64,000 nt of DNA from an uncultured Lachnospiraceae bacterium (lineage in GTDB: Bacteria > Bacillota > Clostridia > Lachnospirales > Lachnospiraceae), in assembly GCA_946620235.1 (NCBI GenBank), contig CAMONC010000001.1:414-64413 (forward strand), in the 5' to 3' direction. Both the position numbers and the translations under genes were made by a program. The notes beneath the pieces are model-generated. The model was not told where the DNA came from, searched no databases, and saw only the letters and a program-made list of their open reading frames with translations. Positions 46,582 through 55,700 of the stretch are shown here, one piece after another (the stretch's first letter is position 1; the number at the start of each line of letters is the position of its first letter).

Positions 46582-46605
46582 TGCTTTTCTCTCCTCGTCG
46601 GGCTG

Positions 46606-47460
46606 TCACTCTTTCAGCGTCCTGCTTGCGTTCATTATCCTCTGTGATCTTATAAGGGGCCGTACAGGCGCGGTAAAAAACTCGGCCAGTCGTCTGAACC
46701 TGTCATTGACGGCGGCTATGTACAATTCTCCTCCGGTCCCTATCTGCATAAAGGACTTGCCAAGCGACATATACAGAAGCCCCATCAGATCCTCTTCGTG
46801 TCCATCCGCGCACATCAGATCCGCAAGATAGAGACTGCCGTCCGGCATCTCACTGATCACCGTGAAGCTTTCCATGTGTCCCGAATCGTCGACCGTCATA
46901 AATGAGAGGCCGGGATCCGGATGAAGCTCCCTGATCAGCCCGCTGTTCTCCTCAGAAGCGTTCTGAAGACTGGTTACCCTGTGTTCATGCATCAGTCTGA
47001 CAGCCGCCTCCCTCATGGATGCGGCATATGCACCGTCGCGTATCAGACTGCCCAGACTATAGCCATCAATCCTGAATACAGATGCTTCCTCCGTAAAATC
47101 GGTAAAGCCGAGATCTCTGAGTACATTCTCGTTTATGCCCGATTCATCATCGGCATAACGGTAGCTGAGCATCTTGAATCCATGATTTATGCCAAAGCTC
47201 TGCAACGACGCAAATATCTCCGGGCGGATGATTTGTCCGCCCGAAGAATCACTGTATCTGAGACTCTGCACGGTAAGAGTGCTGCCGGTATGCTCAAGTA
47301 CTACGGCTCCTACCGGATCATCATTGCACAGAATGCCTATACTGTATCCCCCCGCTCCCCGTTCATCGGTGACGTTGCCGGGAAGATAGCCGGCGAAACG
47401 CTCTGCGTTGGTATCATTTATTCGTACATATCGGTAACTGTCAGACATCTGTTCTCCCAT
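46606..47460 (-). CDS. Degenerate tandem GNAT-fold protein
   Basis: IGILCNDDPVGAVVLE...LTVQSL...LRDLGF; second half LYLADL; same layout as its neighbour but lacks the RG.G motif. Confidence 0.6.
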   Translation of the reverse strand: MGEQMSDSYRYVRINDTNAERFAGYLPGNVTDERGAGGYSIGILCNDDPVGAVVLEHTGSTLTVQSLRYSDSSGGQIIRPEIFASLQSFGINHGFKMLSYRYADDESGINENVLRDLGFTDFTEEASVFRIDGYSLGSLIRDGAYAASMREAAVRLMHEHRVTSLQNASEENSGLIRELHPDPGLSFMTVDDSGHMESFTVISEMPDGSLYLADLMCADGHEEDLMGLLYMSLGKSFMQIGTGGELYIAAVNDRFRRLAEFFTAPVRPLIRSQRIMNASRTLKE

Positions 47461-47468
47461 GTGATCTG

Positions 47469-50400
47469 TTATGCAAGTGAGTGCTTGAGTATCTGGTGGA
47501 AGTTGCCTTTGACTCCCATAACTCCCATAAGCTTGCTGACGTTCATATTCTTCAGGGTGCCTTCATTAAATGCATTGTTGTTGAACAAAGTCTTTGCGAT
47601 CTGAGCGCCTATCTTCTTCTCCGCATCGGTCTTTGCTTCCTTCATGAAGACATCGGTATCTATGGACATGAAGATCCTTGCCAGATCCGTGAGGTAATCG
47701 GAGGATGCAATACCCGTTTCCCTGCGAAGCACTTCATCCAGAACGGAGCTACTCACATTCCTGTATTTAGCCCCAAGCATCTTGGCTATGTTCGCTTTCT
47801 TGGCCAGCTTATCATGTACGACGTCCATTACTATCCTTGTGCCTGTCATCAGCGTTCCCCATACCGCATCGACGATCTTGACAACGATATTTTTGTCTCC
47901 GCCGGGCACAAATGATTTGACTGTGTTGATAATGGACTTTCCTATGTTGGATACCATGCCTGCCACTGCGTTATGCTTGTCTTCCCTGCTCTTTCTCTTG
48001 GCACAGGCCATACCGTACTGCAGCTGTGAATTGTCCTTGAGAACTTCAAGCATTTCCACATCATCTGCATCTTTTTGCTGCTTATCATTAAGTGCGGTGA
48101 AGCTGTTCTCCGTGGTCTTGATCCGGTCGACCTGATACGAGGCTTTCTTGTAGTTGACGAACTCCTCGTATGTGCCGATAAGTGACTTTGTCCAGCCAAG
48201 TATATTCTTTACCTCTTTAAGCTTGACCTGCTTTGCCACTACGGTACCTATCCCGAGCAGGAACTTCAGGCCTGAACTTATGAGCTGGTAATAGCAGTTA
48301 TCGGTATAAGCAAGATCGGATTTCGGATCATAGTTCGGTTCTGTTTTCTGTTTCTCAGCTGCCTGTTTTGCCTTGGTCTTTCTGAATTTGTTGCAGATCT
48401 TGATCAGCTGCATGATATTCTTGGCACCGGTATATACCAGGCCTATCACATTCCTGCGGTCATCACTGGTATGCCTGGTTTCGGTCTCTGCCGGCTTGAT
48501 CACCTCTCCGGTTTCCTTATTTATTTCGGCCTCCTTGGTCACGGCTTCATATGTGCTGTCACCGAAGAGATCACTGATGGCATAGGCGCCCGGCTCGGCT
48601 ATGGCTCCCATATCCATGGCGCTGGTTACCGCTGTAGTGTATGTGTTGCCTATCTGGAGCATTCTCAAGGTTTCAGCGGGATATATATCGGACGCGTCCA
48701 CAACATCCACAAACGAAGTAAATATCTCATTGGCGAATGAAAGCAGTGAACCGTCCACGAGCTTCTTCTGGAAATAAGCTGCGGTTCCTCTCTTGCCTTC
48801 GATATTCTCTCTGAACTGCTTCCACCTGGTAGGCATCAGGGCTCCCAGGATATTATTCGGATCAAAGTGCGACCTGTTTGCGTTCAGTTCATCGATCAGA
48901 GCTATCCTCATAAGCTGTCCGGTGGCTTCCCTGTTCTTGGCGAGTACACGGTTGAATCTGGAATCAAAGGTTCCCTTCCACTTCCGCTCAAAATCAGTAA
49001 GTATCAGTTCAGAGCAGATAGCCTTGGCTATATTCCAGTATTCAGGCACTGTATCCTCACTCAGCAGAAGCAATGCCAGATCGGACAGGGCCTTATGATC
49101 GTCCTGGATAGCTGTCAGCACCTTTGTGGCACGGCTGGCAGGATCATTAAGATCAAACTTGACCCCTCCTGCCTGCTCCTGCCTTATCACATCATAAGCC
49201 ACCTTGGTCTTCATAGCAGTCGAGAGTTTATCCTTATCTTCCTTTGTTCCTGTTTTTAAGGTATTCTCCCATCCGGCTTCGACCTCATTCGGAAGAGTGT
49301 GTGTATCTCCCTTCAGGATCTTCTCCTCCTGTTCGGCTATCATAGTTGCATGAAGGGCTTCACTTTCCTCCTGCTGCGTAAAGAAGGTACCGACCATGGA
49401 TTCGGGTGAATCGTCACTCTCCATTTTATCGTAGATTATCGAATTGACCGGATACATAAGCGAGTCAAGCTCTTTCATGAGCTTCTTCATGATCTTTTCA
49501 CCGCCGGCAGTGTCTGCTGCCCCGTATCCCATGGCATGCTGTATGGTCTTTGCATTGATTTGACGGAATATCTCGGCTCTTAAGACTGCACGTCTTACAG
49601 CTTCCTTTTGAGCTACTCTGCCCCAGCTGTTGGTAAGGCCTATGGTGGATGCGTCCTTCTTGCCGGATATGACCTTACGGTTGGTGGATATGAATTCACC
49701 GAACAGGAATACTCCGTTCAGTCTCTGGGCTCCGAACCACTTAGCCTGCTTGGCCTGCATTATCTCCACGTTATCCTCGGTATAGAGGAACTTGCCGCCG
49801 GCATCCTTGGCTTCCGTGATCAGTTTGAGTTCCTCGGCCGACTTGTATTCCTTAACGACCGCGCGTCTTTCGGTAAGTGCCGTCGGATTATCCTTTTTCA
49901 ACTGCCTGGATGCTTCATATCCCGTAAAATCTATACTGTTCAGCTTATATCTCTTCTGATATCCGTCCTCATCGGCCTCACCCAAAAGTGTCATTTTGGT
50001 ATGTGTTTTGATGAAATCCTTTTCATCATTGCTGCGTCCGGCCTTCTTGTTCTTCACTTCCACACGCACATTGAGATAGGGATTCTCCTGCAGGCTGTCC
50101 AGTGAGGTCTCGAGTTTCTGCAGGTCGAACTCACCCACGTATTCCTTTACGGCCTTTTCCGGGGCAGCTCCGTCTGTTCCCTTGCGGTTCATCATCCGGT
50201 ATCTGGCAGCTGCGGCATCATATTGCTTGTAGTATTTGCGGTATGAATCCGTTTCATATCTCTTGCGGCGGATCTCATTCCACTCTTTGGTCTTCGTTCT
50301 GAGGATCGATTTCTGCTCGGCTATGATATCCTCCTGCTTTTTCTTCTGATCCTCTATGCCGTTTCTTTCCATTTTCTTGCCGATCGCCCGGAAGAGACTG

Positions 50401-50972
50401 AATATGTTCTTCTGATGAACAGTAGCCTTATTGGCTGCAGCCTGTTCCTTCAGTTTGCGCATATACTCAATATCCTGCATTTTATGATCGAAATCCGTTG
50501 CAGTAGCCAGTCCTTCACTTCCCACGCCTTTCTCGACGTCCTTTTCTGCGGACTCCTGCTGCTGAACGATCATATTATTCAGCTCGACCTCGGATACCTC
50601 GGCATTATGCCTGGATTGTTTGCTCTTCTCGGCATACATCTCGGCCTCCAGCAGTCTCTTCTGCCTGGTAGCCTCCTTTGCCTTGGCGAGTGCCTCCTGC
50701 ATCTGGTTACGCAGCGTCCTGTGTGCGTCCTGCATTTGCGTGGCTTCAGCAGAAGACAGTTTATTGGCCTCCTGCATCTGCTCGAACAGATTGCGGCGGA
50801 CATCCCTCATGACATCCTCACGGGATGCATTGCCCATGATCTTGTCCTTAAGCGCACTCTCGCCATCTGTCACATAGGACTTGAACTTTGAATCAAAAGC
50901 GCCTTCACCGCTCTTCTTCATCTTGTCCTTGGACATATATGTATGTTTGAACTTCATTCCCTGACCGTCCAT
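47469..50972 (-). CDS. Large coiled-coil candidate effector/pore-former (1167 aa)
   Basis: No signal peptide; N-terminal coiled coil; C-terminal Gly-containing amphipathic/hydrophobic helices. Confidence 0.6.
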   Translation of the reverse strand: MDGQGMKFKHTYMSKDKMKKSGEGAFDSKFKSYVTDGESALKDKIMGNASREDVMRDVRRNLFEQMQEANKLSSAEATQMQDAHRTLRNQMQEALAKAKEATRQKRLLEAEMYAEKSKQSRHNAEVSEVELNNMIVQQQESAEKDVEKGVGSEGLATATDFDHKMQDIEYMRKLKEQAAANKATVHQKNIFSLFRAIGKKMERNGIEDQKKKQEDIIAEQKSILRTKTKEWNEIRRKRYETDSYRKYYKQYDAAAARYRMMNRKGTDGAAPEKAVKEYVGEFDLQKLETSLDSLQENPYLNVRVEVKNKKAGRSNDEKDFIKTHTKMTLLGEADEDGYQKRYKLNSIDFTGYEASRQLKKDNPTALTERRAVVKEYKSAEELKLITEAKDAGGKFLYTEDNVEIMQAKQAKWFGAQRLNGVFLFGEFISTNRKVISGKKDASTIGLTNSWGRVAQKEAVRRAVLRAEIFRQINAKTIQHAMGYGAADTAGGEKIMKKLMKELDSLMYPVNSIIYDKMESDDSPESMVGTFFTQQEESEALHATMIAEQEEKILKGDTHTLPNEVEAGWENTLKTGTKEDKDKLSTAMKTKVAYDVIRQEQAGGVKFDLNDPASRATKVLTAIQDDHKALSDLALLLLSEDTVPEYWNIAKAICSELILTDFERKWKGTFDSRFNRVLAKNREATGQLMRIALIDELNANRSHFDPNNILGALMPTRWKQFRENIEGKRGTAAYFQKKLVDGSLLSFANEIFTSFVDVVDASDIYPAETLRMLQIGNTYTTAVTSAMDMGAIAEPGAYAISDLFGDSTYEAVTKEAEINKETGEVIKPAETETRHTSDDRRNVIGLVYTGAKNIMQLIKICNKFRKTKAKQAAEKQKTEPNYDPKSDLAYTDNCYYQLISSGLKFLLGIGTVVAKQVKLKEVKNILGWTKSLIGTYEEFVNYKKASYQVDRIKTTENSFTALNDKQQKDADDVEMLEVLKDNSQLQYGMACAKRKSREDKHNAVAGMVSNIGKSIINTVKSFVPGGDKNIVVKIVDAVWGTLMTGTRIVMDVVHDKLAKKANIAKMLGAKYRNVSSSVLDEVLRRETGIASSDYLTDLARIFMSIDTDVFMKEAKTDAEKKIGAQIAKTLFNNNAFNEGTLKNMNVSKLMGVMGVKGNFHQILKHSLA

Positions 50973-51009
50973 ATTCTCACCTCAGTTATGTCAGCCTTTC
51001 TTCTGCAAA

Positions 51010-51651
51010 CTACTCAGTCGCTTCAATTGAATCCGGATCGATCCCGGCCTTCTTGGCTATGGCTTCAAACTCCTCTTCAAAAGCAGCGAGTCTCCCCTCA
51101 AGTTCGTCTATATCCGAAACTTCATCCAGGTAATCCATGTAATCAACGATGCTCATTCCGCCCGGATTGACCACGGAGAACATCACGAAATCCATGAACA
51201 GATCCATCTGATCGTACAGGCATCCGAGATAATACCGGATGTTGTCATACTCTGCTTCGATCTGATTAAGATTGACGGGCATTCTGTATGAGAGATAGAC
51301 CTGTTTGAGCGGATCATAGTATGCGAATGTGCCGAATCCGGGGAAGGCTCCCGCACTTATCACATGATTCAGTCCGTTAAGAGAAATAAGAAGATCGGCA
51401 AGAGACTCCTCGGGGATATTCTCGGCGAATGTTGTATGGAAGTGGAGCACTCCGTAGGGAGCTTCCTCTCTGAGTCCGCCCTCCAGCATCACATCCACTA
51501 TGGCGGTTGCATCCGTTACACCCATGTGCTCTGCATGTGCACGCAGCACTCCGTCATTCTCCAGGCACTCTCCGAAGAGTTCATTCATCATTTCCTTAAG
51601 TACCGTGCTCAGTTCGCTTATTGAATTTGTTTCGCTTGATTTCTTAGCCAT
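51010..51651 (-). CDS. YbjN/CesT-like (type III secretion chaperone fold) acidic protein
   Basis: Very acidic; VLHFHTTFAENIPEESLADLLISLNGLN...GFGTFAYY...QVYLSYRMPV pattern; second ATG (51651) is properly spaced from AGGAGG. Confidence 0.62.
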   Translation of the reverse strand: MAKKSSETNSISELSTVLKEMMNELFGECLENDGVLRAHAEHMGVTDATAIVDVMLEGGLREEAPYGVLHFHTTFAENIPEESLADLLISLNGLNHVISAGAFPGFGTFAYYDPLKQVYLSYRMPVNLNQIEAEYDNIRYYLGCLYDQMDLFMDFVMFSVVNPGGMSIVDYMDYLDEVSDIDELEGRLAAFEEEFEAIAKKAGIDPDSIEATE

Positions 51652-51690
51652 TGTTTTCATTCCTCCTGTGAATGGTCTGTTTATGTTGCC

Positions 51691-51723
51691 ACTATATCAT
51701 CACATATGTCACACAAGTGTCAC
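51691..51723 (-). promoter_or_regulatory. Putative promoter: extended -10 TGaTATAGT preceded by direct repeat GTGACA-N5-GTGACA
   Basis: tgtcac at 51707-51712 and 51718-51723 (11-bp period), ending 10 nt upstream of TATAGT (51696-51691). Confidence 0.5.
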
Positions 51724-51724
51724 T

Positions 51725-52705
51725 TTAATCCCATGTAAGAGAATCGATCACGGCTGCCATTGAATCGGAAACAGCCATATCGAGTGCCTCATCTCCGGAC
51801 ATATGTCCCGTAAGATCGAAAATAAGCGCTCCGTCCATATAGTCTCTGGCCATGGCTGTCTCATACAGTCCGGATCCGCCCTCAGCTGGTGGCAGCATAG
51901 CCCAGTATCCCGTCACATCCTCGGCACCGGGAAAAGGTCCCTCGGTATAAGTGGTCGCATCTCCCCAGCTCTCGCCGAGTTTCTTTATAGCTTCCTCAGC
52001 GCCGCTCTCCACGGTATATGTCACGGTGATCATATTCGTGCCGGCTGATTCGCCGGTATATACGATGAATGTTTCGGGGCCTTTGGAAGTAACCTCAAAG
52101 AGATCTGCATTATATCTTACACTCCATCCGTTGGCATCATGATATACGCTTTCCTCAGGTCCGTTCACGTAGTTCTCGGCGCTGAATGTATCGGCATCCG
52201 CTCCGGACAGAAGTTCGAAAACCATCGGTCTCTCAGGGACATCCTCAAAGTATCCGTGCACGGCGCCGGTGTCATCCACGGCCGTGATCACCAGAGTCTC
52301 CTCCGAAGACTCGTCCGCTCCGCCGAAGCTTAGGGTCACACGTCCGTCAGCCTGGCTGACCACATCAAACGGAACGCCTATGCCGTTATTGGCACCGTCT
52401 GCCGTATATCCGTAGGTATCGCTGTTAAACACATAGAAGTATGTCAGATCCGGATTCTCAAGTTCCTCGGAATAATTGACATATACGCCCTTGGTGAAAT
52501 AGGGTGCCGCAGGAATATCTGCGGGAGCTTCTGCCGTCTCCCCGGTACTTTCCGCCAAAGGTTCCGTTGCGGTCTCTTCGGCCTGCTCCGCTTCGGCTTC
52601 CGGCTGTGTATCAGCCTCTGTGCTGCCGCATCCTGCCAGGAGCACGCCTGACATCGCCATAGCTGTAATTACTGTTACAGCCTTTCCAAACATTCTTTTT
52701 TTCAT
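51725..52705 (-). CDS. Acidic lipoprotein, C-terminal PsbP/DcrB-like domain (tentative)
   Basis: MKKRMF...LLAG-C lipobox; AAGGAGGAG RBS before the ATG at 52705; YHDANGWSVRY...VIDSLTW pattern. Confidence 0.75.
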   Translation of the reverse strand: MKKRMFGKAVTVITAMAMSGVLLAGCGSTEADTQPEAEAEQAEETATEPLAESTGETAEAPADIPAAPYFTKGVYVNYSEELENPDLTYFYVFNSDTYGYTADGANNGIGVPFDVVSQADGRVTLSFGGADESSEETLVITAVDDTGAVHGYFEDVPERPMVFELLSGADADTFSAENYVNGPEESVYHDANGWSVRYNADLFEVTSKGPETFIVYTGESAGTNMITVTYTVESGAEEAIKKLGESWGDATTYTEGPFPGAEDVTGYWAMLPPAEGGSGLYETAMARDYMDGALIFDLTGHMSGDEALDMAVSDSMAAVIDSLTWD

Positions 52706-52746
52706 AATAATCTCCTCCTTCACTTGTCCTGAAACATTTCGTCACG

Positions 52747-55700
52747 TCATCGTGACATCTTAAATCCCTTGAAGACTTTCTCAACCGTAGCCGCTGAAGT
52801 ATCTCCTATCTCCTTCTCCAGTCCCAGTACATTCATGACGGTGATCGCCATCAGTCTGGTCTCAGCGAGAGGATTATAGTTACTTGCAGAGAACACTATG
52901 GACTGAGCTACGGTCATACCGGTGTATTCGATCAGCTCACTGGTGTGCTCATATCCCTTCGCATCCGAGATTATGTCAACCAGATTGAGCTTGCTCGCAT
53001 TCTTGAGCGACTTGCTGCCTGTCTTGTCGAAGCCCTTCATGATCTTATCAACCACAGCCTTGCCTGCTTCGGTTTCCTTGAAGTAATCATTGAGTGCCAC
53101 TCTGTCAGTAGCAAGTCTGGCAGCATACATGACGAACTCGAGACCGCCCTTGACAGCCTTGGCTATGGCTTCGGATCCTACACCCAGCTTGGCTCCGGCC
53201 GTGGTAGCCGCATCGATCGCCATATTGATCACATCCTCGGATATATTAAACGCCTGGACAGCTGTCACTACATCCTCTGCCACGCCCTTGAGTGCGCGGT
53301 GCTTGGATACTATCTTCTCCACGATCGCAGCCTGCTCGGGGCTCAGCCTATCCTGTGCAGCCTTGCTGAGCTTAGCTTCATCCTCCGCACGCATCTTGGC
53401 GGCGTTCTTGGATCCCAGCTTAATGGCACCGATATTCTCGGCACACAGTGCGATATTTTTGGCATGATCGGCACATCTCTTTACATAACCGATACCGGTA
53501 ATAACAGATGACATGGTCTCAGTGACTGTATTCTTGATGCTGTACAGATAGTGCTCCTTTTCCAGCAGTTTCTGTGCATTCTCCTCGCCGATCGTTGCAT
53601 TCAGGATTGAAGTGAATGTCTCCTTTGCATAGTTCTCGGCATTCTGCTTATACAGTGCGAGTTCATCAGGCTCGACAGTGTTACCGTCTGCATCCGTCTT
53701 GGGTGTCAGATCGATCGTGTTATGTATCAGTGCATCATTTAAGAACTTGTATGCTATCTTCTGGGTAGAGTTCTTGAACAGAGTCTCTATATCCTTTAAT
53801 CCGTCGCCGACACGCGGAAGGGATTTGGCAATATCATAAACATCACTGCCGATCTTTGCTACATCCGATCCGGTCTTCTCTACCTTCTTGGCCGTATCAC
53901 GCCAGTCACCGTAGGAGTTGTCAACAGGGGCATTCTTTGTTTCCTGTACTACCAGATTATCGGCATTCTGTCCTGCGGAAACCCCTTTGACCTCTCTGAA
54001 CCATTTGAGTTTGTCGGAATTGGCAACCACATTTGTTTTTAAGTAGTCGGCCACTTCCTTGAATGCAGCTTCCGCGCTCTTGGCCTGGGCTATGATGTTG
54101 TCCATGCCCTCCTTCAGATGATCCACGTAATCAAGCTGCGCCCGCCTCTGGGCCTCCTCTTCGCGCTCCTTGGCTTTTTCCTCGGCGGTCTTCTCTTTTT
54201 GCTTAACACCAAGCTCTGATATGTTATACTCAGTCGGATTCTCGCCAAGTTTCTTGTACTTACCCTTAAGATCACCCACGTTTCTCTTAAGCCAGGCACT
54301 TCCCTTGCATACCAGGCCGTCCTTATTGAACATGAATTTAGCTATATCATCAACGGTGTTGGCAGCATCACCGGCGATATTGATGATCTTATCCAGTGTA
54401 ACATCTCCGGTGATCTTGTAACCGCCGATGATATCCTTGCCCGTTTTGGCAAATATACGTGTAATGGTCCTGGCCCAATGGTTACCCGTGCGGTGGATAT
54501 TCTTCCTGAGGAACGAGTAATTCATGTTGATATGACCGTTCTTACTGAGTTCGCCGGCACCGCGATAGAGCTGTGCATTACCCTCGGCAAACTCGAGTTC
54601 CTCGGATGCACGGTTGACGAACTGAAGAGCACGCTTGAACAGCTTCCAGTCTACGGCAGTGGCTCTGCCTCTGAACAACTGACGCTCATTGGCAAATATC
54701 TTGGTCAGATCGTTGTTCTTGGAGAAGTTCGTGCGGTCGCTTACCTGAGTGGTGAACAGGGTTGCCATGGCATTATAATATGCCTGGTCATCCAGCTGTA
54801 TACCGATATTACCCTCAAGACTTGAATCGATATACTCATCTATAAGAGCATCTCTGCCTGCCTTGTTGGCAAACTCTCTCTCAGCCCAGCCCATATAGCT
54901 GCTCTTGTAATTGATCCTGGATATATCGAGGAAATCACGTCTGGCCAGAACCTTGAAGAACAGATTTTTCTCCTGAGCGGTCAGTGCATGATATCCGGAT
55001 ATGGCACGTGTTATATCTTCACTGTCGTCCTTTTCGGCCTGCTCTTTGATCAGCTGCTCGAAGTTATCCTGCTTGAATTTATCCTTCTCTTTACTGTATT
55101 TATCACGGAGCTTGACATACTCATCGACAGCTGCCTTATTGCCCGAGAATGCGATATAGTCAACAGCATGACTCATTGCATGTGCCGCCAGCTTCTTCTC
55201 GGCGATCGAATCCATCAGGTCCAGAGCCTGCTCTACAAGAGTCCAGTCGACAAGTGTCCGGCGGTTGAATGACTCACTGTCAAAGCAGCCCTTGGTGAGT
55301 GTCTTACCCTTGAGTACCAGATCATCCCTGAGTTTGAAGCTCAGTGCAGTGGTAAGTGCCTGCTTGCAGCTTTCGGGATCATCGAAGCCTTCCAGAACTT
55401 CCGATCTGATCTTCGTATCCGAAGAAAGAGCCTCAACAAGCGCATCCCTCTTTTCCTGATCGATGACTTTCTTTACACCGGTACCGTCATCCAAACTGCT
55501 CGTATCGAAGATGGTTCTCTCCTGCATAAGTCTGGTGAACACTTTAAGATCGGTATCCGACAGTTTGTTCAGGCGCTTCTTGATCTTTGCCATCCGCAGA
55601 TTCTGAGCAAGTATGCGGTCCACGGCCCTGTACTGATTTATGCTGCCGACACCGGCTTTCAGCATTTTCTTGGCAATATCTTTGCGTGATACGATATCGC

